The notes under the pieces: generated by a model
The model's database searches: none
What the model saw: the letters and a program-made list of their open reading frames with translations, nothing else
Told to the model about the DNA's origin: nothing
Shown: positions 1 through 8,798 of the stretch, piece after piece
Numbering within the stretch: position 1 is the first letter of the stretch
Layout: the number at the start of each line of letters is the position of its first letter
Program-made: the position numbers and the translations under genes
Assembly: GCA_964628095.1 (NCBI GenBank)
Contig: CAZVLR010000001.1
Location: 56,777 to 120,776, forward strand
Length of the DNA: 64,000 nt
DNA from: an uncultured Candidatus Saccharibacteria bacterium
GTDB taxonomy: Bacteria; Patescibacteriota; Minisyncoccia; Minisyncoccales; CAZVLR01
Direction of reading: 5' to 3'

Positions 1-290
1 ATCCTATTAATGGAAATTTTCAGGCATTTTTGGCATTCGTGCACCAGCATTAATTCTCCCTGTTTTTTCTTTCCGTATTTATCAAGGCCCTCCTGCTTAA
101 AAGTTAAGCCCAAGGGCACCATTTGCCCTTCGCAGATCGCTTTCCGATCGCCCGATTTTTTATCATCCAAATGAAAAGACCACAAACAAAAAGGGCAATG
201 ATTCCGGTGCTTGGTGCCAATATACTTTGAAAACTCCACAAAGCGCTTGCAGTTTGAACATTCAAAGCCGTTTTTTTTCTTCTCTTCCAT
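1..290 (-). CDS. RNHCP domain-containing protein; N-terminal part present, C-terminus beyond the window edge
   Basis: Reverse-strand translation from ATG at 288-290 gives MEEKKKNGFECSNCKRFVEFSKYIGTKHRNHCPFCLWSFHLDDKKSGDRKAICEGQ... This contains the literal RNHCP motif and multiple CxxC pairs. The gene runs off the start of the window. Confidence 0.5.
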   Translation of the reverse strand, partial: MEEKKKNGFECSNCKRFVEFSKYIGTKHRNHCPFCLWSFHLDDKKSGDRKAICEGQMVPLGLTFKQEGLDKYGKKKQGELMLVHECQKCLKISINR

Positions 291-294
291 AAAT

Positions 295-1896
295 TTATTT
301 TATCGGCAATTCAATAAAAAACTTTGAGCCCTTGCCTTTGCCTTCGGATTCGGCCCAAACCCTTCCGCCGTGAAGCTCTGAAAACTTTTTAGCAATGTAC
401 AAACCCAAGCCCAGGCCCGAAGTGTCTTTTTTCTCGCCCGCTTCGCCCCGGGTAAAGCTTTCAAACATCTTTTTAATTTCTTCTTGAGTCATGCCCGCGC
501 CCGTATCTAAAACCTGGATTAAAATAGAGCCGTTTGGATATTTGGAAGAAACACTATTTAATCCGGATTTTATGGTAATTCCGCCCTGATCGGTATATTT
601 TATGCAGTTATCAATAATGTTTAAAATAACCTGGCGCAATTTTCCGGCATCGGCTGAAATTTCGGGCAAAGATGCTAATTTTTCCCATTTGATATAAAGC
701 TTTCTTTGGTCGGCCTTGATCTTCATTTCATCAATTAAAGAAGATATCATACTTTCCAAAGAAACCTTTCTGGCTTCTATTTTCAAGGTACCGCTTTCAA
801 TTCTTGATATATTCAATAAATCATTAATCAAATCAATCAGCCTTTCATTGCTTTGATACACTTTTTCCAAGGGTGGTCGGGGCTTGCCCTTAACCTGCCC
901 ATATGTGCCCTCCAAAAGCATTGATATATAGCCCTTAATAGCCGTAAGGGGCGTTCTTAACTGATGCGAAGCGATGGAAAGAAACTCTGACTTTGCCCGA
1001 GACAGCCTATCAACTTCTTCATAAAGACGTTGAAGCTCGGCCTTTTGCTTAATTTCCCTTACAACACTTTGAATTAATAAATAACCAAAATAAGAAAAAA
1101 CTAAAAATAAAACAACTTTCCATGAAAATTCTAATAAATCTTGCGCGCTAACTGCCTGCAACAATAACAGTATTGCAATAACAAAGACCAACGCCTGTGT
1201 TAAAATAACTCTTATGCCAAAGAATTCTCTTTTAACGATCGCATAAGCGATTAACATAAATAAAGGCAAGGCAGCATAATCTCCAAATTGATAATATTTG
1301 TATGTCCCCATTAAAGGAAAAACAATATTAAAAATTAAGTTCATCAATATAAAAATAAAAGCTCCAATTAAAAAGTAATTAACTCTGGCTTTTTCTTCTA
1401 ACGAAGAAAATCTATAACCCTTAACGAGTAAAATTACAACTAAAAAAGTCAAGATTATTATTCCTATAAAAAATATAAGTGCTAAATCGCCAAAAATAGT
1501 ATTAACCCCCCATTGCTCCATAGAAACATCTTTAATTATAAAAGGAGTAAAAACTGAGAGAATAAAAAATATAAAACTTGAAAAAATTACTAGAATATCT
1601 AAAAAAATAGGCGTTTTATTTTTTTGATATATAAAAATTGAAAAAAAGTAAGCGAATATATAAAAAAGTGAAACCGCTCCAAAGCGTAAACGCATAAAAT
1701 TTAAGGAGCTTGCATTCTGTAAAGAATTAGATAAATAACCAAAAATAATCCAAAAAAGAGAAAGTAGCGCCCAGCCAGCAAAAATTTGATTTATTTTAGA
1801 TTTTCGATCATTCCACAAAACAGAAACAGACAAAAAACCCATGCCAAAAACAATTAAAAAGATCAGGGATTGATTAATAAAGTTATCTGTAAACAT
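295..1896 (-). CDS. sensor histidine kinase with large multi-TM N-terminal domain
   Basis: About 8 predicted TM helices in the first ~260 aa. H-box SHQLRTPLTAIKGY is present. C-terminal HATPase_c motifs are present (DTGAGMTQEE... and GGRVWAESEGKGKGSKFFIELP). No response regulator is adjacent. Confidence 0.8.
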   Translation of the reverse strand: MFTDNFINQSLIFLIVFGMGFLSVSVLWNDRKSKINQIFAGWALLSLFWIIFGYLSNSLQNASSLNFMRLRFGAVSLFYIFAYFFSIFIYQKNKTPIFLDILVIFSSFIFFILSVFTPFIIKDVSMEQWGVNTIFGDLALIFFIGIIILTFLVVILLVKGYRFSSLEEKARVNYFLIGAFIFILMNLIFNIVFPLMGTYKYYQFGDYAALPLFMLIAYAIVKREFFGIRVILTQALVFVIAILLLLQAVSAQDLLEFSWKVVLFLVFSYFGYLLIQSVVREIKQKAELQRLYEEVDRLSRAKSEFLSIASHQLRTPLTAIKGYISMLLEGTYGQVKGKPRPPLEKVYQSNERLIDLINDLLNISRIESGTLKIEARKVSLESMISSLIDEMKIKADQRKLYIKWEKLASLPEISADAGKLRQVILNIIDNCIKYTDQGGITIKSGLNSVSSKYPNGSILIQVLDTGAGMTQEEIKKMFESFTRGEAGEKKDTSGLGLGLYIAKKFSELHGGRVWAESEGKGKGSKFFIELPIK

Positions 1897-1907
1897 AATT
1901 TAATATA

Positions 1908-2750
1908 TTATATCTTATCGGCTAAAAATAAGTAATACTTAACAAATCCCTTTTTAAAAGCACAATATTGGCTAACAACAGCTTTTGTTCCACCATGAGA
2001 TTTTTTAATCTTAAAGATTTCTGTTAATTTAAAAATGGCCCCTAAAAACTTCCCTATTTTAAAATACATTTTTTGAGAAGAAGGCAATATTTCTTTTGTT
2101 TTATCAAAATATTGTATATTTTTAAATCCAGATAATTCTAATTTATTCTTAAATTCATTAAATGTAGAAAGATTTGGCATTTCCCATCCCTTACACCATT
2201 CATCTATTAATTTTCTACCTTCATCGTTTAGGTTATCTGCTATAAAAAAATCTGCTACAAGGACTTTACCCTTAAGTTTTAAAATCCTATATGCCTCTTT
2301 AATAAAATATTCTTTTTTTTCAGCATGACAAACGCTCTCCACTGCAACAACTTTATCGAAATAATCATTTTGAAATCCTGTATCGCAGAAATCTCTAACA
2401 AAAAATTCTACTAAATTATTTATTTTTCTTTTGTTTGCTTCTTCTGTCGCAAATTTAGCCTGTTTTTCAGACAAAGTTATTCCTATTACGTTGCTACCGT
2501 AATTTTCAGCTATCCAAATACTAGTTCCGCCTACTCCGCAACCAGCATCTAAAATTTTATCGTTTTTATTAATATTTAATATTTCTGCTATTGTTTTATT
2601 TTCAGCAATAATCGCCTCGTGTAAATTTTTAATGTTTTTCTCCCAAAATCCATAATGCATACCTAGGTTCTTTTTATTAAGCCAAAAAATATTATATATC
2701 TTTTGCACTCTATCATAATGCTCTTTAATTTTTTCTTTAGATGTTTCCAT
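1908..2750 (-). CDS. class I SAM-dependent methyltransferase (gamma-tocopherol/MPBQ-MT-like fold)
   Basis: Motif I ILDAGCGVGGTSIWIAENYG is present. The downstream acidic motif VLVADFF is present. Length is 280 aa. Confidence 0.7.
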   Translation of the reverse strand: METSKEKIKEHYDRVQKIYNIFWLNKKNLGMHYGFWEKNIKNLHEAIIAENKTIAEILNINKNDKILDAGCGVGGTSIWIAENYGSNVIGITLSEKQAKFATEEANKRKINNLVEFFVRDFCDTGFQNDYFDKVVAVESVCHAEKKEYFIKEAYRILKLKGKVLVADFFIADNLNDEGRKLIDEWCKGWEMPNLSTFNEFKNKLELSGFKNIQYFDKTKEILPSSQKMYFKIGKFLGAIFKLTEIFKIKKSHGGTKAVVSQYCAFKKGFVKYYLFLADKI

Positions 2751-2751
2751 T

Positions 2752-3609
2752 TTAACTAACTTTCTTAATCAATAATAAAAAAATGGGCCAGAGAACAAAC
2801 TCTCCATCAACCAGTGTTGCCGATAAAATTTCCTGATTCTTCTGTTTTTGCGGCAAAACCTTTAAATAATAAAAAACGTAGGGTATGGCCAAAAGAAGTC
2901 CCAAGGAATAAACCGGCAAAAGATTAAAATATACTCCAAGGCCCAAGGGAATTATCGACAGAATATTAATGATATTCAGTAATTTTAACAGTTTTTCCTC
3001 TCCCAAAACAATAGCCAGGGTTTGCAATCTCTCCTTATTATCCCCTTCTACATCGGTAAGGTTTAAAAACTCCTCGTGGATAAAAAGCTTTAAATACACA
3101 AAGATTAACAATAAAAGAAGCGCCCAGGAAAAAGGAAAGGAATAATATAAAACCAAGAAAACCAGCATTAAAGCCCAGATTAAAGAAACGAAAAAGCTTT
3201 TAAAGGCCACAACCTTTCTGGTGAACTTTTTTAAAAACAAGCTGTAAAGAACGCTTAATAAAAATAACAGCAGGCCGAATAAAAGAGCTGGGATCTTATT
3301 CAAATATATTAAAATCGCCACCCCCAGCAGAAAGAAAAAGAAAATTATGTAAGGCAGGCTTTTAATGTTTTTTTTAAGATAGTGCGTCCTTTGGGGATCG
3401 GTAACCACATCCTTGTTTATTTCTTTAAAGCGGTTATACAGATAAACCGCTTCGGTCCATAAATAAACAACGACAAAAAACAATGCATCGGTTTTTATTC
3501 CTAAAACAAAAGCGGCGCCAAAAGTTAGGCCAACCGCGCCCAGAGAAAGCAGATGCCCGCCAAAAATAAAACCCTTTATGATTTTTTTTATCATCTCGCC
3601 AATTCTCAT
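2752..3609 (-). CDS. UbiA-family membrane prenyltransferase (putative)
   Basis: Polytopic membrane protein. The first Asp-rich region is YNRFKEINKDVVTD. The second motif, NLTDVEGDNKERLQTLAIVLG, resembles the UbiA RDxExD...G..TL signature. I place the start at MRIGEM (ATG 3607-3609), immediately after the YjbQ stop. The longer ORF-track start at 3687 would overlap YjbQ. Confidence 0.5.
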   Translation of the reverse strand: MRIGEMIKKIIKGFIFGGHLLSLGAVGLTFGAAFVLGIKTDALFFVVVYLWTEAVYLYNRFKEINKDVVTDPQRTHYLKKNIKSLPYIIFFFFLLGVAILIYLNKIPALLFGLLLFLLSVLYSLFLKKFTRKVVAFKSFFVSLIWALMLVFLVLYYSFPFSWALLLLLIFVYLKLFIHEEFLNLTDVEGDNKERLQTLAIVLGEEKLLKLLNIINILSIIPLGLGVYFNLLPVYSLGLLLAIPYVFYYLKVLPQKQKNQEILSATLVDGEFVLWPIFLLLIKKVS

Positions 3610-3611
3610 TT

Positions 3612-4055
3612 TTATTCGCCAATAATCTGCAATTGGTATTTTCTCGGCCGGGAGCGGTCCAACTCCACAAAAAACACCCGCTGCCACTGGCCAAGCTGCA
3701 AACTGCCGTCAATTATATTAAGCGTAAGATTGGGTGGAAGATAAATGGCTTTGCAGTGGGCGTGGCCATTGGCGCATTCGTTGTTGCACATATTAACCGT
3801 GCGCACTTTGAAATTATCGTGATCGTAAATTACACTTTTGGGCGCCTGCTGTTCCAGATTTTTTTTAATGTCTTCTAATAATAAAGGTTCGTTTTCGTTA
3901 AGCATTAAAGCGGTAGTGGTATGAAGCGTTTGAATATTTAATAAGCCGTTTTTGATTTGGCTTTCTTTAACAAAGCTTTTAACAATATCGGTGATGTCCA
4001 AAAAATCAAATTCGCCTTTTGTCTGATAGCTGATAGTTTTATTGAATGAATGCAT
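3612..4055 (-). CDS. YjbQ/UPF0047 family protein (secondary thiamine-phosphate synthase-like)
   Basis: 147 aa. Conserved LHTTTAL and NGHAHCKA motifs, with family-typical length. Confidence 0.65.
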   Translation of the reverse strand: MHSFNKTISYQTKGEFDFLDITDIVKSFVKESQIKNGLLNIQTLHTTTALMLNENEPLLLEDIKKNLEQQAPKSVIYDHDNFKVRTVNMCNNECANGHAHCKAIYLPPNLTLNIIDGSLQLGQWQRVFFVELDRSRPRKYQLQIIGE

Positions 4056-4073
4056 ACGTTTTTAAAATAATGA

Positions 4074-5108
4074 TTATTTTTGTCTCTCGACTACCAAATC
4101 GGTAATTTCCTCCAATAGCCGATTATATTTATTTTGAGGCAAAAGCTTCAAGCTGGTTTTGGTTTTCTCAACGATTTTCCGGCTGTAATTCAGCGCCCTT
4201 TCTTTGGCATGGGTTTTCTTAATTAAATTAATGGCCCGCTCAAGATTTTCTTTGGTCATCTTTTTCCTCCTAATAATCTGCCAAAACTCTTTCTTGTCTT
4301 TGGGCAAAAACTCCTGATTGGCAAAATAGATTACAATATTACCGCCTTTTCGCTCTTCAATGTCTTTGCCGATTTTCTTGCCAAACTTCTTTTCCTCTCC
4401 GAAAATGTCCAAAATGTCGTCTCTCATTTGAAAAGCTAACCCTAAATTATAGCCGTAGCTCCTAACGGCTTTTAGCTGCCGCGCATTGGCATTACCGCAT
4501 AAGGCCCCGATTTCGCAGCAAGTTTGGAATAAAATGGCGGTTTTTTTGCCCACCATTTCAAAATAATCCTTTTCGGTAATATTACGGTAACGATGCTTTA
4601 AAATATACGGCTCTTCTTCCCGGCCGGCCTGCTCAAAAAGAATATCTAAAATTTCTCCGTCGCTGATTTTCTTAAGAACTTTGGCTAAAAGCTCGGATAC
4701 TTCTACGGGTTTTTTGGAACGATTGGCTTCCTGGAAAATGGCGGCCGCATAATCAATGCTGATACACTGGGCAATGGCCTTGCCGTATTTGGCCCAGGTT
4801 GTTTTCTGCCCACGCCTTAATACGCTATTATCTATTATATCATCGATTATCAAAGAATAGTTGTGCAAAATTTCAAGGGCAGCGGCCAAACCCAAAGCGC
4901 TCCTGATGCTGCCACCGAATAATTGGCTTGATAAAATGGTCAGCGCCGGCCTGATTCTTTTGCCGCCAGACAAAATCTGATAACGCGCCAAATCCTGGAA
5001 CTTTTTATCAACGTAAAGCGTGAGTATCTTTTCGATTTCTGGCTGAATCCCCTTGGAGGTTTTGCTGAAATATTGCTCTAGATTTTTTTTATTTTTTTGC
5101 CCAGACAT
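4074..5108 (-). CDS. polyprenyl diphosphate synthase (trans-isoprenyl diphosphate synthase)
   Basis: First DDxxD motif LIIDDIIDNSVLRRGQ. Second motif FQMRDDILDIFG. Length 344 aa. Confidence 0.85.
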   Translation of the reverse strand: MSGQKNKKNLEQYFSKTSKGIQPEIEKILTLYVDKKFQDLARYQILSGGKRIRPALTILSSQLFGGSIRSALGLAAALEILHNYSLIIDDIIDNSVLRRGQKTTWAKYGKAIAQCISIDYAAAIFQEANRSKKPVEVSELLAKVLKKISDGEILDILFEQAGREEEPYILKHRYRNITEKDYFEMVGKKTAILFQTCCEIGALCGNANARQLKAVRSYGYNLGLAFQMRDDILDIFGEEKKFGKKIGKDIEERKGGNIVIYFANQEFLPKDKKEFWQIIRRKKMTKENLERAINLIKKTHAKERALNYSRKIVEKTKTSLKLLPQNKYNRLLEEITDLVVERQK

Positions 5109-5595
5109 ATTTTAAAGCCGGTTTTAGCCACGGAGCGTATTTTTTAGGATTTTTTGCAATGTCTTTTTTCAACTCATTAGCCCCCACCCATTTTATCGCC
5201 ACCACTTCTTTGGAATTAATTTTAATTTTACCTTCGCAAGCGCCCACAAAAACATCGCAGAGCTCGTGTTCGGCCCCGATGTTTTTATAAGAAACCTGAT
5301 AATAGAACCTGCCTTTCTTTTTTAACTGACACTGCAAACCCAGCTCGTATTTTATTCTTTTCTTAACGGCCTGAAGATTGTTTTCCCCTTTTCCCGGATG
5401 GCTGGAAAAGGAAGCTTCCCAAGAAAGCGGCCAAAGTTTTTTATACTTGCTTCTTTTTTGTATTAAAATCTGCTTTTTATTGTTAATAATAAAAGCGGTG
5501 AAAGCCCGGTGCAATAAACCTGAGTCCTGGTGGCATTTTTCCTTGCTTGCAAAACCCCGAGCCCTATTTTTTTTATCAACAAGAATTAAATTCAT
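5089..5595 (-). CDS. idi: isopentenyl-diphosphate delta-isomerase type 1 / Nudix hydrolase
   Basis: HRAFTAFIINNKKQILIQKRSKYKKLWPLSWEASFSSHPGKGE matches the IDI-1 pattern (HRAFS...LLQRR...K..FPG.WTN.CCSHP). It overlaps the polyprenyl synthase gene by 20 nt. Confidence 0.6.
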   Translation of the reverse strand: MNLILVDKKNRARGFASKEKCHQDSGLLHRAFTAFIINNKKQILIQKRSKYKKLWPLSWEASFSSHPGKGENNLQAVKKRIKYELGLQCQLKKKGRFYYQVSYKNIGAEHELCDVFVGACEGKIKINSKEVVAIKWVGANELKKDIAKNPKKYAPWLKPALKYVWAKK

Positions 5596-5635
5596 TTTCC
5601 AATTCTATATTATTTAACTTTACCTGACAAGATTG

Positions 5636-6283
5636 CTATTTTTTCCTCGGCTTTAAACAATACTTCTTTTCTACTAAGCGGAAAAAATGAAGCAGTTCGG
5701 GATCGTCCAAAACTTCTTTGGCCCGACACACCCATAATTTGTGCTGAATTCTGCCGTATTTTTTCCAGTATTCCAGTCCCTGCAAAAGATTAATCAGTTT
5801 ATCGGCCTGACGAACAAACCGGGCCTCCTTGCTGTACCCTTTTTCGTATTCTAACCAAAGCTGGTTTATTTCCGATTTTAGAGGTGAAGGCAATTTGCAT
5901 AAAAGTTTTTTCATGGCCCTTATTTCCAGCATCTCTTTTATTTTGGCCAGTTTTTTGCGCTGCTTTAAATTGGGCCGGCCGATCACGGGCTTGGAATTGA
6001 GCACTTCTTTTATAGTGCTTCTGCCTTTTTCATCCAGGCCCATAGCGTCGTAAGGCGTAAAATCGGGCGCGTAAACCTCGCAAATATCATGAACTAAGGC
6101 CATTTTTATCGCTTTTTCGGTATTAATATTTTTCTTCTTGCCCAGGGCCCACACTAAAAAAGCCAGCTGGAAAATATGCTCGGCCGTGGTTTCAGGATTC
6201 TTTATCTTATGAATCACCCACCCTTTGCGCGCCTTGCCCTTTAATTTGCCGATTTCCAAAATAAAATTGAGATGGTTTACCAT
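5636..6283 (-). CDS. HD-domain phosphohydrolase
   Basis: His...HD...D motif pattern is present (HIFQLAFLVW ... LVHDICEVYAPD). Confidence 0.55.
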   Translation of the reverse strand: MVNHLNFILEIGKLKGKARKGWVIHKIKNPETTAEHIFQLAFLVWALGKKKNINTEKAIKMALVHDICEVYAPDFTPYDAMGLDEKGRSTIKEVLNSKPVIGRPNLKQRKKLAKIKEMLEIRAMKKLLCKLPSPLKSEINQLWLEYEKGYSKEARFVRQADKLINLLQGLEYWKKYGRIQHKLWVCRAKEVLDDPELLHFFRLVEKKYCLKPRKK

Positions 6284-6303
6284 AAATTTATTCCCCTTTT
6301 TAT

Positions 6304-6843
6304 TTATAAATTTCTTAGCATAATAATTTCATCTAATAATTTTCCCTTGTAAGATATCTGTTTTGAAATCCGCGCCACCGCTTTAAAGCCGTGCAGCCTA
6401 TACAGGGCCCGGGCCGGCTTGTTGTTGGGATAAACGCCCAGGTGGAGAATTTTAACATTGGGCTTCATTTTCTTTTTGGCCAGTTTAATCACCTCGCCCA
6501 TCATAAAAATACCCAGGCCGATGCCCCGGTATTCTTTTTTTATGCTAATGCCAAAATCCCCAATGTGGCTTTTCCGCCATCTGCCGGACTTAATGGTGGT
6601 AATGGCAATAATTTTATTGTTGTGCTCGGCAACCAAAGTAATTCTTTTGCTGGCTTTTGTCTGCTTTAACTGGTCTTGCAAAAAAACTTTCTCTTCTTTT
6701 AAAGATATTTCTTTGTTCATTAAAATCTTCGCGTCTTCTTTTATTAAAGAATTAATGTATTGCTGAAATTCCTTGGCTCTTTTTAGGTCTTTTTTAGAAA
6801 GCTCCCTGATAGTAATTTCTTGCTGGTTGAATGTTTTTTTCAT
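6304..6843 (-). CDS. GNAT family N-acetyltransferase
   Basis: Acetyl-CoA binding motif region RGIGLGIFMM. Length 179 aa. Confidence 0.55.
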   Translation of the reverse strand: MKKTFNQQEITIRELSKKDLKRAKEFQQYINSLIKEDAKILMNKEISLKEEKVFLQDQLKQTKASKRITLVAEHNNKIIAITTIKSGRWRKSHIGDFGISIKKEYRGIGLGIFMMGEVIKLAKKKMKPNVKILHLGVYPNNKPARALYRLHGFKAVARISKQISYKGKLLDEIIMLRNL

Positions 6844-6874
6844 TACAATAATCTTTAATTTATTATATCACTTT

Positions 6875-8182
6875 TTAAAGCGACACTGTTAAATTATATA
6901 TGTCGCCCGCGCCCATAACCATTAGCACCTCTCCGCCTTTTAAATTGGCCTTTAAATAATCTAATATCTTTTCTTTTTTAATATAAAGAGTGTTCTCTTT
7001 TTTAATGCTTTCTACCAACTTCTCCGAACTTACTCTGTTTTTAATTTTATTGTCTTCGCGGCCGGCTACGTCATAAATATCGGTTAAGATTAACTTATCC
7101 AGGGGCAAGCCCTTTAAATTCCTGACAAAGTCCTTGAATAAAAAATATGTCCGCTGGTATTGGTGGGGCTGGAAAACCAGCCAGATCTTTTTGTTTTTGT
7201 ACTTTTCCCTGGCGCCTTCAACCGTGGCTTTCACTTCTGTGGGGTGGTGGCCGTAATCCGAAACCAAGGTTATTCTCTTTCCGGATATCTTTGTCTCCTT
7301 AACTTCAAACCTGCGCCAGGCGCCCTGATATTTGGCCAAAGAGCTCAAAATGGTTTTTTCGGGAATCTTTAAAATCTCCCCCACTCTTTTTACTGCCAAA
7401 GCGTTGGCAATATTGTGCCGGCCCGGAACTTTGAGAACTTTTTGGATCTTTTTTGCATCTTTGTCTTTTTGGGAATAATAAACAATTTTTCCCGAAAAAG
7501 ACTTAATAATCTTTTTAATATTCTGGTCGTCTTTATTAGCCACTAAAATCCCGCCCTCGGGCAAGTGATTGATATATTTTTTATAGGTTTTAATGATACT
7601 ATTCAGGTTTTTGTAAAAATCCAAGTGCTCCCTTTCCACGGTGGTTAAAACAATAATCTGGGGCCAGTAATTCAAAAATGAGGCAAAGTGTTCGTCGGCC
7701 TCAATCGCCAGGTATTTTGACTTACCTACTAAGCAATTGGAGTTATTGAATTCTTTTACTTTGGTGCCAATGATCACGCTCGGATCGAGCCCGGCGCTCT
7801 TTAGTAAAATGCCCAAAAGAGCCGTGGTGGTGCTTTTCCCGTGCGTGCCCGAAACCGCAATAGTAAAATGATTCTTGGTTAGCTCGCCCAAGGCCTGGGG
7901 ATAGCTTTTTAGCTCAACTTTTCTTTTTAAGGCCTCTCGGTATTCAGGATTATTAATTCTGACGGCCGGGCTGAAAATAACCGCATCAACGCCTTTTGGC
8001 AGGTTTTTGGCCCGGTGCGGGCCGATTTTAAGAGCAACCCCCATTTTAAAAAGAGCCTTGGTTATTTCCGAAGGCGCTAAATCTGAACCCGAAACCTTAA
8101 AGCCCTGGCATAAATAATATTTTGCCAAAGCCGAAACGCCAATGCCGCCAATACCGATAAAATATATTTTTTTGTTTTTCAT
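6875..8182 (-). CDS. murC: UDP-N-acetylmuramate--L-alanine ligase
   Basis: N-terminal GIGGIGVSALAKYYLCQGFKVSGSD. P-loop GTHGKSTTT. Length 435 aa. Confidence 0.85.
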   Translation of the reverse strand: MKNKKIYFIGIGGIGVSALAKYYLCQGFKVSGSDLAPSEITKALFKMGVALKIGPHRAKNLPKGVDAVIFSPAVRINNPEYREALKRKVELKSYPQALGELTKNHFTIAVSGTHGKSTTTALLGILLKSAGLDPSVIIGTKVKEFNNSNCLVGKSKYLAIEADEHFASFLNYWPQIIVLTTVEREHLDFYKNLNSIIKTYKKYINHLPEGGILVANKDDQNIKKIIKSFSGKIVYYSQKDKDAKKIQKVLKVPGRHNIANALAVKRVGEILKIPEKTILSSLAKYQGAWRRFEVKETKISGKRITLVSDYGHHPTEVKATVEGAREKYKNKKIWLVFQPHQYQRTYFLFKDFVRNLKGLPLDKLILTDIYDVAGREDNKIKNRVSSEKLVESIKKENTLYIKKEKILDYLKANLKGGEVLMVMGAGDIYNLTVSL

Positions 8183-8739
8183 CAGTCTTTTAAAGGAATT
8201 GATTCTAAGATAAAATATTCCGGACCTTGCGGCCGCAATTTGCTTTCCATGATTTCAATGGAATTTACGGGAAAGCTTAACGATATTTCTTCATTAACTT
8301 CGGGCAATGCCTCCTGGTCCATTTGTTTAAACTGCCACTGTTTGATTCTAGCTAAGGTAATATGTGGCGCATAACCCTTGTTTTCTTTTTGAAAAGAAGT
8401 CTGCTCGATTAAAGCCTTTTCTAAGTCTTTTTGTAGCTGGCCCAATTCCAAGCTTTCTTCTCCTTTTACCCAAACCATTCGGGGTGGCTTTTTAGGCGGA
8501 CCGTAAAGTATGCTTTTTAAAATTAGAAAAAAGGGGCTGTTTTTTTGCACCACCCGCTCGACAATTTTGCAGATTTCGGGAATTTCGGCTTCGGCCACGT
8601 TTCCTAAAAAAACCAGCGTAATGTGCAGGTTTTCTTTTTTGGTCCATTTGGCCGGTATCTCTTCTAACCGTTCCTGGTATAAATTAAGCTTTTGCTTAAT
8701 ATTTTCGGGCAAATTAATAGCGATAAAAATACGATGCAT
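8182..8739 (-). CDS. thpR: RNA 2',3'-cyclic phosphodiesterase (2H phosphoesterase, LigT/ThpR)
   Basis: Two H-x-T-x motifs are present (HITLVFLG and HITLARI). Length 185 aa. Confidence 0.75.
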   Translation of the reverse strand: MHRIFIAINLPENIKQKLNLYQERLEEIPAKWTKKENLHITLVFLGNVAEAEIPEICKIVERVVQKNSPFFLILKSILYGPPKKPPRMVWVKGEESLELGQLQKDLEKALIEQTSFQKENKGYAPHITLARIKQWQFKQMDQEALPEVNEEISLSFPVNSIEIMESKLRPQGPEYFILESIPLKD

Positions 8740-8798
8740 ATCTGTTTGAATCTTATCATAAATTAAGCTAAAATTAAAGGAGAAAAAGCTTTAAATCT

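Noticed and set aside
3610-3687. Longer start of the UbiA-like gene (MAAGVFCGVGPL...).
   Set aside because: It would overlap the 3' end of YjbQ by 76 nt on the same strand. An in-frame ATG (MRIGEM) sits immediately after the YjbQ stop.
3434-3878. Three overlapping small ORFs (3434..3712 -, 3553..3744 +, 3633..3878 +).
   Set aside because: They are shadow ORFs across the prenyltransferase/YjbQ junction. YjbQ and the UbiA-like gene fully account for the region.
5378-6053. Antisense track ORFs inside idi and the HD gene (5378..5617 +, 5829..6053 +), and similar short antisense ORFs elsewhere (e.g. 6391..6766, 7160..7372, 8510..8749).
   Set aside because: They sit fully inside better-supported genes on the opposite strand, lack RBS, and have low-complexity products.
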